A stretch of DNA of 63,044 nt, filler included, from Thraustochytrium aureum (taxonomy: Eukaryota): the NCBI GenBank assembly GCA_012862495.1. It is 6 parts of 3 records of this genome, joined end to end, with 100 filler letters (N's around TTAATTAATTAA, not from the genome) between each part and the next. Parts side by side here need not be neighbours in the genome. Positions count along the whole stretch, not along the records: positions 1 to 12,650 come from BLSG01000168.1; 5 more parts are not named here. One strand, written 5' to 3'. The translations under genes and the position numbers were made by a program. Positions 1 through 11,718 of the stretch are shown in pieces. The stretch's first letter is position 1; each line of letters begins with the position of its first letter. The notes under the pieces are model-generated. The model was not told where the DNA came from. It worked only from the letters and a program-made list of their open reading frames with translations, and ran no database searches.

Positions 1-989
1 GAGCTTGCCAGCCAGATCCACGACGAGGCGATGCGATTCACCTACCAGACGAACGTGCGCTGCGTCGTCCTGTACGGCGGGGCTGACATCCGCGCTCAGA
101 TGGACGAGCTTGCGCGCGGGTGCAACATCGCAGTTGCCACGCCTGGCCGGCTCGAGGACCTGATTGACCGCGGTCGCGTATCCCTTCGCGGCGTGGCGCA
201 CCTCGTGCTCGATGAGGCCGATCGCATGCTCGACATGGGCTTCGAACCGCAGATCCGCAAGATTGTACAGGGCTTTGACATGCCCGCGGCACGCCCGGCG
301 GGGGCTCGCCAGACGGCCATGTTTTCCGCAACCTTCCCGCAGGAGATCCAGGCGCTGGCGCAGGATTTCATGGGCGACTACATTTTCGTGACCGTGGGTC
401 GCGTCGGCGCGACCTCGTCGAGCATCACGCAGAACCTGCTATGGGTGGAGGACAGCCAAAAGATGTTCAAGCTCGTGGAGCTGCTCAACAGCGTGCCGGG
501 GCTCACTCTCGTTTTTGTGGAGACGAAGCGCATGGCTGACATGCTCCACGGCGAGTTGTACCACAAGGAAAACATTCGCTGCACGTCGATTCACGGCGAC
601 CGGTCGCAGCGCGAGCGCGAGCTCGCGCTCTGGGAATTCACCAGCCAGCGCGTCACGGTGCTGATTGCGACCGAGGTGGCGGCGCGCGGTCTTGATATCC
701 CGGACGTCACGCACGTCATCAACTACGATCTCCCGGGCGACATTGACAGCTACGTGCACCGCATCGGCCGTACGGGGCGCGCCGGCAACAAGGGGGTGGC
801 CACGTCGTTCGTCAACGAGAAGAACCTCCAGCTCGCCAAGGACCTCGTGCGCGTTTTGGAAGAGACTGCCCAGGATGTTCCCAACTGGCTCAAGGGTCTC
901 GCCGGTCAGGCAGAGCTCGGCAAGAGCATGCGAAAGGGCAAGACCTTTGGTGGTCGTGACTACCGTCGAGACACTGGCCAAGTCCAGTC
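1..989 (+). CDS. DDX3: DEAD-box RNA helicase, DDX3/Ded1 family (partial: 5' end outside window, 3' end in N gap)
   Basis: Motifs [67 protein letters not shown] and C-terminal FGGRDYR typical of Ded1/DDX3. Confidence 0.9.
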
Positions 990-1753
990 NNNNNNNNNNN
1001 NNNNNNNNNNNNNNNNNNNNNNNNNNNNNNNNNNNNNNNNNNNNNNNNNNNNNNNNNNNNNNNNNNNNNNNNNNNNNNNNNNNNNNNNNNNNNNNNNNNN
1101 NNNNNNNNNNNNNNNNNNNNNNNNNNNNNNNNNNNNNNNNNNNNNNNNNNNNNNNNNNNNNNNNNNNNNNNNNNNNNNNNNNNNNNNNNNNNNNNNNNNN
1201 NNNNNNNNNNNNNNNNNNNNNNNNNNNNNNNNNNNNNNNNNNNNNNNNNNNNNNNNNNNNNNNNNNNNNNNNNNNNNNNNNNNNNNNNNNNNNNNNNNNN
1301 NNNNNNNNNNNNNNNNNNNNNNNNNNNNNNNNNNNNNNNNNNNNNNNNNNNNNNNNNNNNNNNNNNNNNNNNNNNNNNNNNNNNNNNNNNNNNNNNNNNN
1401 NNNNNNNNNNNNNNNNNNNNNNNNNNNNNNNNNNNNNNNNNNNNNNNNNNNNNNNNNNNNNNNNNNNNNNNNNNNNNNNNNNNNNNNNNNNNNNNNNNNN
1501 NNNNNNNNNNNNNNNNNNNNNNNNNNNNNNNNNNNNNNNNNNNNNNNNNNNNNNNNNNNNNNNNNNNNNNNNNNNNNNNNNNNNNNNNNNNNNNNNNNNN
1601 NNNNNNCCAGCAGCAGCAGAGCGGCGTCAGGCGTGCATAAGTGCACGTGGAGTGCGGTCTTGGTGCAGCAGTCAGTCTCCGGCAGACCTGCATCGCTTGC
1701 GCGTTGTCGAAGCGCGCTGCGCGGCGGCGTCCTCGGGGTCCTGGCTGGGCGGG

Positions 1754-4066
1754 ATGGGCGACGACGACGACCGGGCGCCATGCCTGGCGGAAGGGACCGC
1801 GCCCGGCGCGGCTGGCGAGGAGAAACAGCTGCTGGATGAACGGTCGGCGGGCAGGAATGCGAGAGGGTACGCGGGAGAGGTGTCCGCGCTGGCGCTGTGC
1901 CGGGCTGCTGGAGCGGTGGTGCTCGGCGTGATGTTTCTCACGTTGGTCGCTGTTGCGCTGCAAAGCCTCAAAGGCAGCGGCGACGACGCTGATGCTGGTC
2001 TACGCGTACAAGGAGACTCGGCGCCTGGGGCAGGCGGGGAAAGTAACGGCGTGCCCGCGACGGAAAACGAGGCGGGCGAGCCACAGCCGTGGCCTTGGCC
2101 CTGGTCCAAAGAGGGAACAGGCACGGGCATCACGCCCCCCTTGACAGACGATCGCGTTGCTTGGACGGCGCTATTGCAAAGCACCGCGCTCCCAAACCCA
2201 GTGGCTGGCTCAAACGTGGTTTGGTACGGTCCATTCACGTTTGAGCGGCCCGGGCTCGTGATATCGCTCATTGCCAAGGCAAACTTGACCTTCGTGCACC
2301 ACCTGGTCGTGTACAAGTCGGCGGAGGCGTCGCTTGAAGAGCCCTCGCTCCGGCGCTACTACGCTCTGCCGCGCGGGATGGTCTCGCGCCCGGACAAAAT
2401 TGTGTTTGCCTGGGCGCGCACAGGGCAGACGGAGCCGCTCCGCTTCACAACGGAACCAGGAACTGGCTTGTTTGTGGGCCCTGGAACAGACGCGCAGTCC
2501 CTCTACTTGAACGTGCACTTTGAGGTCCCGGCCAGCTTGGTGGCGGCGCGCTCCAAGATCGACGTTGGACTAGAACTTACATTTGCCAACGTGACGCAGC
2601 CACAGGCTTCGGTCTGGCAGGCTTGCACCGAGCTCGACGCTGGACAAGCAAAGCTCCAAGGGTGCCCCATGCAGCATGGACTCGCGGTGCAAGTCCTGGA
2701 AGAGCACAACTTTGTGCTCTACCCCAAGAAGGAAAATACGGACATCAAGCGGGCTTGTCGCGTAACTCGCGACACCTGGGTCTACGCCTACCGTTTTCAC
2801 GCCCATTCTGCAGGGCGAACCTTCAAGCTCAACCTGTTCCGAAACGACGTGGACACTGGCGTCGTCATCCAACGCAACGTTCAAGACCCGCAAATATTTT
2901 ACTCGCTTCCTTTTGGTGGTGTGCGCCTGCTGGAGGACGACGTGCTCCAGCTCCACTGCAACTTTGACACCAGCGCCAGAGGCTACATGACCCGCGTGGG
3001 TCCCGAAACCTCGAAGGGCGAGGAGATGTGCAACCAGTACCTCATGTATTATCCGCACTATCCGTCGCACAGGGACCTCATGTGTCGTCCCATCGCGAGA
3101 GAGATCGGTGTCATCCGCAAAACGTTTGAGGCGGCCGATCTCCCAAACCAGCCCAACACACTTGCGCTCGGCCAAGTCGCGGGCACCGCCGTCGCGAGCG
3201 ACGGTTCGATGCTGTACGTGCTTGCCAGGCGGAAAAACGGCTACATGTCAACAACACCCATCCCCGAGGCCGTCATTCTCGCGCTCGAGCCGGTAAATGG
3301 AACTGAGATTGCTTCCTTCGGTGCTGGCGTCTTTGTCACACCGCACGGGATCCACTGCGACGCCTTCGGCTACGTTTGGGCCACGGACACGACTTTGCAT
3401 CAAGTATTCAAGTTCGACCCTGCATCTGGCGCGGTCATCCTCACTCTTGGCCAGGCGCGGGTTCCGGGCGACAACGAGACGCATTTCAACCGCCCTACCG
3501 ACGTGGCTGTGGACCCCAAAACTGGCCAGATTTACGTCTCCGATGGCTACGGCAACAGTCGCATCGCGGTGTTTTCTCCCGACGGAACCTTTTTGCGCCG
3601 CTGGGGCCGCAATCGCGGTAAGCTTCCTGGCCAGTTCGACATCGTGCATGGAGTGGCCTTTGACTCGTTTCGGCAGCAAGTGATCGTCGCCGATAGGGAA
3701 AACTGCAGAGCGCAAGTATTTGACACGTCTGGCAAACTGCTGCACCTGTGGAACTCGTCGTTGTGCGTGAAACCAGCTCCCAGCCAAAAGCCGTGGCTTG
3801 CACACCTCTCTGCTGTGGCCTACAGCGAGCACATGGACCTGCTCTTCTCCATTGAAGGCGAGTATTTGACAGTTCGCCGGCCGGATTCTGGCGAGCTTTT
3901 GCAAACATTTGGCGGAACAAACGAGCTGCGCCTGGTGTGGCCGCACGACGTTGACGTAGCTGCGCTCGCAAGGCGGCCAGATGTCTATGTTGCTGAGCTC
4001 GACGGGAAGCGCGTCCAGCGGTTCACCATCCCAGACGACCTGCACGACATCGGGGCTACGCTGTAA
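1754..4066 (+). CDS. PAM: Bifunctional peptidylglycine alpha-amidating monooxygenase (PHM + PAL/NHL propeller) with N-terminal membrane anchor
   Basis: PHM motifs VHHLVVY, FAWART, LNVHF, YRFHAHSAG, PQIFY, EEMCNQYLMYY. PAL motifs PHGI, HFNRPTDVAVD, VSDGYGNSRI, IVHGVA, VADRENCR, WPHDV. First ATG after the gap is 1754; the frame is open back to the gap, so the start is tentative. Confidence 0.9.
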   Translation: MGDDDDRAPCLAEGTAPGAAGEEKQLLDERSAGRNARGYAGEVSALALCRAAGAVVLGVMFLTLVAVALQSLKGSGDDADAGLRVQGDSAPGAGGESNGVPATENEAGEPQPWPWPWSKEGTGTGITPPLTDDRVAWTALLQSTALPNPVAGSNVVWYGPFTFERPGLVISLIAKANLTFVHHLVVYKSAEASLEEPSLRRYYALPRGMVSRPDKIVFAWARTGQTEPLRFTTEPGTGLFVGPGTDAQSLYLNVHFEVPASLVAARSKIDVGLELTFANVTQPQASVWQACTELDAGQAKLQGCPMQHGLAVQVLEEHNFVLYPKKENTDIKRACRVTRDTWVYAYRFHAHSAGRTFKLNLFRNDVDTGVVIQRNVQDPQIFYSLPFGGVRLLEDDVLQLHCNFDTSARGYMTRVGPETSKGEEMCNQYLMYYPHYPSHRDLMCRPIAREIGVIRKTFEAADLPNQPNTLALGQVAGTAVASDGSMLYVLARRKNGYMSTTPIPEAVILALEPVNGTEIASFGAGVFVTPHGIHCDAFGYVWATDTTLHQVFKFDPASGAVILTLGQARVPGDNETHFNRPTDVAVDPKTGQIYVSDGYGNSRIAVFSPDGTFLRRWGRNRGKLPGQFDIVHGVAFDSFRQQVIVADRENCRAQVFDTSGKLLHLWNSSLCVKPAPSQKPWLAHLSAVAYSEHMDLLFSIEGEYLTVRRPDSGELLQTFGGTNELRLVWPHDVDVAALARRPDVYVAELDGKRVQRFTIPDDLHDIGATL

Positions 4067-4340
4067 GGGAGTTGAGGGGGGCAGGATTCAAAGCCAGGTC
4101 TGTCAGCAAGAGTGCATGCACCACTTGGTATCACGCAGGACAGGACTTGCATGGGCACGAGAATGGCTTGCAGGGCATCGCATTTGTACTCAACTCCAAC
4201 AGCCTCCGCCGCGTCGGAATGCATGACATTGATCATGGACTCTCTCTCCCTCCAGGTAGGCAAAACGTTTTTGTTGTAATAAATTTGCCGTTGGCGACGG
4301 TCGCCGCGAATCTATGTCGGCCGGCTGGCCATCCCGTCGC

Positions 4341-7300
4341 TCACATCTCTTTCTCTTTCTTGTGGTCCGCGTCTCGCGGCGTCCCGACCATGTGCATCAA
4401 ATCAGAGAGGCTGTCGTGGTTGGAGGCCTCCTTCCCTTTCTCGGCAGGCCGTTCTCGTGGGCTGTGTTGCTCAAGCTGCCGAGCCGCCCCATCCTTGGCG
4501 ACTTCCCCGGTTTGCTTTGCGGCTGAACCAGCGTTGAGATCAAGCTTGACGGAGCTGTCGTCCTTCTCACGGTGAAGGGCATTCCCAACGGCCGCGTAGA
4601 CCGACCGCTTGGCAGCTTCCGCTGACATTGGCACAAGAAACTCCGGAAAGACGCGCGGGCGGTCTGCGAGGTCCCGACCACGCCCATAGCGGTGGATAAT
4701 GTTTTGGGCAAGCATCTTTGCGAGCGCCTGCGTGCGGTCCTCTGTGATCAAGGAAGATACTGGGCTCTGCTTTGCTGTCGTGCCCTTTCGCTTTGAGGAC
4801 GCCGCCGACATCTTGAGCCGCGGGTCGTTTTTGATAAAGCTCTGCAGCTCGCCCATGAAAGCCGCGTCTCGCGATTTTTGCTTCTCGAGCTCAATGCCGA
4901 TGATCTCCGCGAGCTGCTCAAGAGTTGTCTCGAAGCCCTCGGTCTGAAAGGTACGCCGCCCAAGCGTTGTTTCCTTCTCGGCAATCTCATTTCGAATGAC
5001 CCATTCTTCAGTAAGCTCTGTGATCTGCTCATCGGAGAGAAAGGTCTCCGAGTCCAGGCGGAACCCGGGCAGGTTTTTCAGCGAGCTCGACACCATCTGA
5101 ATTACCTCTGCTGGGAGAGTCGGGCTGTACTGCGCCGCGTTCTTGACCTCGACGTAGGCCTCGACCAAAATAGCGAGTAGGATGTTCATGAGCACGAAAA
5201 AGCACACGAAGGTGAACGAGTAGTAAAAGATGACAGCGGCGAAAATGGACGGGTGCTGAAACAGCTCTTGCACGACTCCGATCTCGCCCAACAGTATTGC
5301 AAAGCACGTGTTGAATGAGCGCGCCAGCGAGGAAAACCCGATGATGCTGCTCCCGAACGTCAGAAAGGCCAGCGTGGCGTACACAGAGAACACCAACATG
5401 AAGAGGATTGAGAAGTGCGCCAGATCTGCTGCGGCGTTCTGAATTGTGCGGGTCACCAGGTTGCACCGCTTCTGAAAGTCCAGTACCTTGAGAATGCGAA
5501 GCACGACGAGAATAAGCCCGATCCCATTCCACGTCATGTAGTCGAGCGACTTGTCGCTCATCGTCTTGGTCACGTGAAAAAAATCAAGCATCTCGTCGCG
5601 TCCGCCCGGGTTCATCTTCATGAAGGCTGCTTTGGCATACATGTCTTCATACACGTCGTAGCGCTCCTTGGGCGAGTACGAGTCGGCGTAGTTGATGTTG
5701 AAGAAGTACCAGTTGAACGAGTTGAACACGAAAAGGACTATGCTCACTATGTCGATCACGTTCCACAGCGAGGCAAAGTGGGCAAGCGGGTTTAGCGTCT
5801 CCCTCGTTGCCACGACCCAGTCCCAGGCCTCCAGGCACAGGTTCAGTAGCGTAAACACCAAAAACACAATCTCAAGGGTCCGCCGCATCGCAGCCGTGTC
5901 ACCCGTGTAAGACTCGACACGAAACGTCTGCACGATATAGCGAATGGCGACTCGCCCGCCCCCCTCAAAGGTGAACTGGATCTCGGTGTTGGCAAAGAGA
6001 CGGTATTCTGCGTTGTACGTGAGCATGTACATGTTCAGTTCCGCAGAGTCGCTGTCGAGAAAGAACCCCTCCCGCGCATAGGCCAAAAACCGCCTCGCAT
6101 CTGCGCTGCCGAGGTTGACGTCAAAGTAAATCGGAAAGCCCGAGCTCGATGGATAATTCGGCACCTCGGCATAGTGAAAACCGTATGGGAGCCCAAGCGC
6201 GCTGACCTTGGTCCGGTCTGACATGTTGTAGTACGCTTGCTTGTTTTGAAAGACAGACGAGTCAATGTTGAGCGAGCTCTGCCGCAAAAAGACGGGGTCC
6301 GCGCCAAAGCTTGCCGTTGAGTAGCTCCCAGTCGAGCAGAGGCTCGCAAGGTGCTCGAAACGCTCCGTTTCGCACACACCGCGCTCGTGCCGCTTCTGGA
6401 CGAGTAGAATGCCCCCGACGAGCCGATTCGCCGACGACACGTATCGCTTCCGCGGGATTTTAGGGTCGGGGGTAAGTCGCTCTACTGTCTCTGGCGTGTA
6501 CATGTTGAAGATCTCGAACTCCACCACGTGGTCCCCGGAAAACGTGCGGCGGCAGCAGTCGCCTAGGTCATAACCGCACTCCGCTTCGTTGCATTCTGGG
6601 TTGCATTCGCCGTCTGCCAGCTGGGAGCAAAAGCAGTTGGGAGAGCAAAAGTAGCTAAACTGGCTCTGCGTGTCGGGACAATCTTCCCCGTCGAAGCCAC
6701 ACGAGGGGATGTTGCAGACCTCGTTACAAAACCCATCGCCGAGCATGCTGTACTTGCACATATCTGATGAGTCTTCACTGCAGGCTTCAGGAACACTCTG
6801 GGTGCCTCCGGAGTAGTGGCACTCGTACAGGCCGTAGTCGAACTCGCAATCTCCCTTTGCGTTGCAGTCAGCGGGCAAGCCGTGGCAACTTTCGCAGTCC
6901 GAGGTAATCGAGCACTGCGACTGGGATGGGCCTCCAGGAGCTTGCAGCCGCCTCCGCAGTCGTTGGGAGTCACTACATTTCCCGTTTTCCCAGCGGCAGG
7001 TCACATCAGATGCTCCAGTGCATTCCGACGCAGTCTGGCAGTCTTGGCACGAATTTTGACACGTTCGGAACAGACATTGACCAATGTCCCACACACAAGC
7101 CAGGGGCGCGTTTGCACAACTCTCTTGAGAGCTACACGATGTGCAGTCCAAATGGCATGCTCTAACGCATGAGTTCGACCTGTCGTCCCACGCACAGCCA
7201 GCCTCGTTATTACACACAGCGTCCGACGCGCAGGCAGCGCAATTCGAAGCAGCGCACTGGGTTTCCGCTGTCATGGCAGTCTGAAAGTACTGCGCCAAGC

Positions 7301-10300
7301 GCGCCGGTGTGCCTGAGCGAGCTGCAGCCTGTGGGCCTACAGCCTCGACTTTGCAAGTGGCCTCTCCGCTGTGCCACATGCAGCCGTCCTGCGCGTTGCA
7401 GTTCTCCGGCTGTTGACAGGCCCTACAATCCCCAGGTGAGCACAACCCACCGCCTGATGCTGCCANNNNNNNNNNNNNNNNNNNNNNNNNNNNNNNNNNN
7501 NNNNNNNNNNNNNNNNNNNNNNNNNNNNNNNNNNNNNNNNNNNNNNNNNNNNNNNNNNNNNNNNNNNNNNNNNNNNNNNNNNNNNNNNNNNNNNNNNNNN
7601 NNNNNNNNNNNNNNNNNNNNNNNNNNNNNNNNNNNNNNNNNNNNNNNNNNNNNNNNNNNNNNNNNNNNNNNNNNNNNNNNNNNNNNNNNNNNNNNNNNNN
7701 NNNNNNNNNNNNNNNNNNNNNNNNNNNNNNNNNNNNNNNNNNNNNNNNNNNNNNNNNNNNNNNNNNNNNNNNNNNNNNNNNNNNNNNNNNNNNNNNNNNN
7801 NNNNNNNNNNNNNNNNNNNNNNNNNNNNNNNNNNNNNNNNNNNNNNNNNNNNNNNNNNNNNNNNNNNNNNNNNNNNNNNNNNNNNNNNNNNNNNNNNNNN
7901 NNNNNNNNNNNNNNNNNNNNNNNNNNNNNNNNNNNNNNNNNNNNNNNNNNNNNNNNNNNNNNNNNNNNNNNNNNNNNNNNNNNNNNNNNNNNNNNNNNNN
8001 NNNNNNNNNNNNNNNNNNNNNNNNNNNNNNNNNNNNNNNNNNNNNNNNNNNNNNNNNNNNNNNNNNNNNNNNNNNNNNCTTCGCCAGTAAGCAGGCCCCG
8101 CAATGCTCAGATGAGCACAACCCACCACCTGATGCTGCCACCGGCGACGCTGACGGCGACGCTGACGGAGACGTGCTGGGAAAACACAGTTGCCCTGCCT
8201 CATCCCAGGCGCACCCATTCACGGAATCGCAGCTCTCCGACTGTGCGCACGCCCCGCAATCCTCAGCTGAGCAAAACCCACCGCCTCTCGCAGGGGATGC
8301 CGACGGCGCTTTGCTCGGAGTCGGCTGAAGCGTAGCCTTGCATGCAGTCGCGACCGCGTCCCACGAGCAACCGACTTGTAAAGCACAGTCAAGTTGCTGG
8401 CACGCTCCACAGTTTCCAACCGAGCACGACATACTACTTGCGACGGGTGACGCAGATGGTACTGTGCTCGGACCGCCTCCGAGCGCTTCCGAGCAGATCC
8501 CTGACATGGGGTCGTATGCACAGGCGACTTGGTTCACACAGAGTGTCGCTCCTTGGCAGGCTCCACAGTTTGAGGAAGAGCAACCCGATGGCGCTTCCTG
8601 CGGGAGCAACGTGGGCGTCTTCGTCGGGCTTGGAGCAGAGCACTTCTTGAGTTCGAGATTCCAGGTGCACCGAAACGGATCCCCGCTTTGAGCCGTGCAG
8701 GCGATCGCAGTGCTGCAGGCAGCGCAGTCTCCTTCGCTGCACTGATCTGCTGGCGCGGGGGGTGCAGTAGGTGCTTGGGTCGGTGGGGCTTTCTCACACT
8801 GTACACCGCTGTACTCGCCTTGGCAGTCGCACACCGAAGAGCCGCCCTCCTCAACGCAGACGCCGTTGCCTGAGCAAGAACGCCCCGCGCACAAGTCCAC
8901 CGTGACATCGGTGCCACTGACTAGCAGAGACGGCGCAGTTGACGCAAGCTCAGCGACAGTGTCCGGGTCTGCAAAGCTCGCTTGCACGGCTGCAACGTCG
9001 ATGGCGGCCTCCGAGGACTCGCTTTCGAGCACTGCTTCGCTTGGGGACACTTGAATCTGCAGACTTGTTGTTCTCTCTGGAACCGATATAGACGTGACTT
9101 GTGCATCCAAGACAAGCGACAATTCCGCAGCTTCGGCGACGAGGTTCGCCCGAAGCGTCGTGGCGGTGACGGAGAGCTGCACTGCGTTTGCAGGCCATCG
9201 AACTGTCGCGTGACCTCATATGCAAACTCGCGCTGGCCTAGCCGACGCCTCCTGCCCTGCTCTGGTCGACCCACCATGTCTTCTACCTGAACAGAACAGT
9301 CGTTTTCGAAATCACACGCCTGTGATTCGATTGCATTTTGTACGATCTCAAGAATGTCGTCCCAGCTCGGCTCTGGCATGAAGCTAAGCTCGATCGTGCC
9401 GCCAACCTTCTCCAGCACGAACACCTCCACAGTGACGTCGCTTTGCACGCCAAAGTCGAGCGAATCGACCGCTGCCTGCTTGATTAGGGCCAGCTCGCTG
9501 GCAAGATCAGACGCCGAAAAGAGAAACGCGGAGGGAACAAGGACAGTCACGGTTGCGAGCGGCTCCGGAACGCTAGGCTGCTCCTCCTCTCCTGCTTGCA
9601 CACAAGCAAGATCAAGGAGGCTCCACGTGCAAGAAGGGCCATCGGATTCACAGTTGGTCGCGCTGCATGCACTGCACTGTTGCGAACAACTGTCGGCGCC
9701 CCCACTCAAGCAGGCGCCCTGGTCGACATTCCACATGCACATCGCGTTGACGGTGCCGCACTCGTTCGGGGAGCACGAGGAGCAGTCTGTGAGGCAGTTG
9801 CCCATGCTCTCGCACATCTTTCGCACTAGAGAGTACGAGCAGCCCACGTTGACCGTCCCGCACTGAAATTGGTCGCAATTGCTGCAAGATTGCTTGCAGG
9901 CTTCGTCGCCTTGGACAGGCGCCTCGGAATAGGCATCGCTGCTCTGGCAAAGCCCATCCAAGAACATGCAGCCAGCTGGGGAAGAGAAGCACGAATTCGG
10001 TGAGGTGCAGTACTCGCAGTTGATGTCGCATACCCTTTTCGGAACGCATCCCTCAGAGTTAGAGTACTCGCAGGATCTGGAGAATTCACAGTTGGTTGGG
10101 CCGAGCTTGGGGCAAAATGTCCCCGCCTCACTGGGGCTGGGCTCGTCCAAGTCGCACATCCTCTCCGTAGTTATCCATTTGCACACATCGTTGTCATCTC
10201 TGCACGACGTAGCCTGGTTGCATTGAGAAGCAAAGCAATTGTCAGCTGTACAAAGTGCTCGGCAAGCGCCTGACTCGTACAGGCAGCTTGCGTGGCCCTC

Positions 10301-11718
10301 ACACTCGTCCTGTGTCAGGCACATTGCGCACTGCTGTGGGGAGTCGCCACACTCGTTCGGATAGCACACTTCGTCCCAGGCAGAAAAGGAGCACGTGGAT
10401 TCTTCGTTGCAGCGCTTTGCGGTCTTGCAGGCCCAGCAGCCGTTGCCCTTGGCCACATGCTTGAAGCTCCGCCCCAGTAGCTGCTTTGCATTCAGCTTTG
10501 ATGTTGAGGAGCGTTGTCTCCAGTTCTTGCACCTCTTCTGGTGAGCTTGACTCGACACTCTTGCATTTGTCCCAGCTTGCAATGAGGAACACTTCCGACT
10601 CGTCGTCGGTGAGGCAGAAGGCGCTACGGTTGCGTTTGATAGCGTCGGCGACGACGTCGGGGACGACGACGACGAGAGGTTGAGTTGGTCGGCGACGCCG
10701 TCGGCGAGGAGCTTGATGGTGAGTTTGTCGGCACAGTGGTTGGCGCACTCGTCGCGTTGTTGTCGCCCGTTGGCGAGTCGGTGTTCGTAGTGGGAGAGGT
10801 CGTTGGGGTCGTGGTGCCGCCGGTTGAGTTGAACACGCGGCCCGAGATGCCGCCGTTCTTGGCAAACATTTGGACCTGCCAGACCCCCTCAGGGATGCTC
10901 ACGACGAATTGCTGCGTCTCGTTGATGCTCGAAAACGTCTGCGCTGCCTCGAAGTAGCAGAGCCCATGTGTCGTGCTGCAGAGGTTCCAGCTCGCCGTCT
11001 CAAGATCTGCTTGGTCGTCAAAGTCTGCAGTAACCTCGACCGTTACCGAGGAAAGCTGCGAACGCGGGTACGTGCCGCAATCATCTGAGCACCCGTGCCA
11101 CTCCCACTGACGAAATTCGAGCGGTTCGTCGCAAATCCCGTCGCCGCAGATGGGGTCCGTGAAAATCGACTGAACGATTGTGGAGTTGAACCAGTTCCAA
11201 ATGTGATCGATTCCGTCCATGTTGGTAACGATTTCTCCGCTAGACCACTCGAGCGTGTTTGTGCCCTCGCTAAACAAGCTGGTCTTGAGCGCCTCTTCGA
11301 CCTTGAAGGACGAAGAGGGGTCGCGCTGCATTACGAGGATGGCTAGGTAGAGGAACACATAGAGGAGGAACGAGACGAGGTTGAGGTAGTTGCTCCGGTT
11401 TTCCCTGTTCTGCTTGAGCTGCTCGTATATGTTTTCAACCACGACCTTGCCTGGGAGCACTTCCAGTTCGCCCGTGCGCGTAGTGCGATAGAGGTTGCCT
11501 GGGTCCCGACTTTCTTGCGCCTTTGATGTGCCCGGACTCCCCAAAGGCGAGGCTAGCTCATTGCTTCTCGCAGGGTTTGCGCTCAACGCGAGCTCATTCG
11601 AGCTTGCTTTGCGCGTGAGCAGGTTGCCCGAGTTGCGCCGTACGCGCTGGCCGCGCTGGCGCAACTCTTCGTCTTCATCGACCGCGTGCAGTGCCGCGGC
11701 AATAGCCGCGCCGTTCAT
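4341..11718 (-). CDS. PKD2: Giant polycystin-2 (TRPP)-like cation channel with Cys-rich/SEA-like/EGF/LNR extracellular insert; split by several indels and an N gap
   Basis: S1 (YLNLVSFLLYVFLYLAILVMQR, ~11336-11390). TOP-domain motifs NRLVGGILLVQKR and TYNAEYRLF..QFTFEGGG. S2-S6 with SLWNVIDI, RILKVLDF, DLAHF, pore FAILLGE and FFVLMNILLAILVEAY. ORFs 10624-11718, 10299-10865, 8921-10582 and 4341-9182 join by frame changes near 10675, 10590, 10445 and 9190. Confidence 0.85.
7437..8140 (-). repeat. Intragenic tandem Cys-rich repeat (AASGGGLCS...C..C....C....GC.W) on both sides of N gap 7466-8078
   Basis: Near-identical DNA (tgagcacaacccacc[g/a]cctgatgctgcca) at ~7437-7465 and ~8112-8140. Confidence 0.75.

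Noticed and set aside
31..4066. DDX3-PAM fusion or very long ORFs across N gaps
   Set aside because: The ORF caller reads through Ns; helicase and PAM are in different frames and separated by gap 990-1606.
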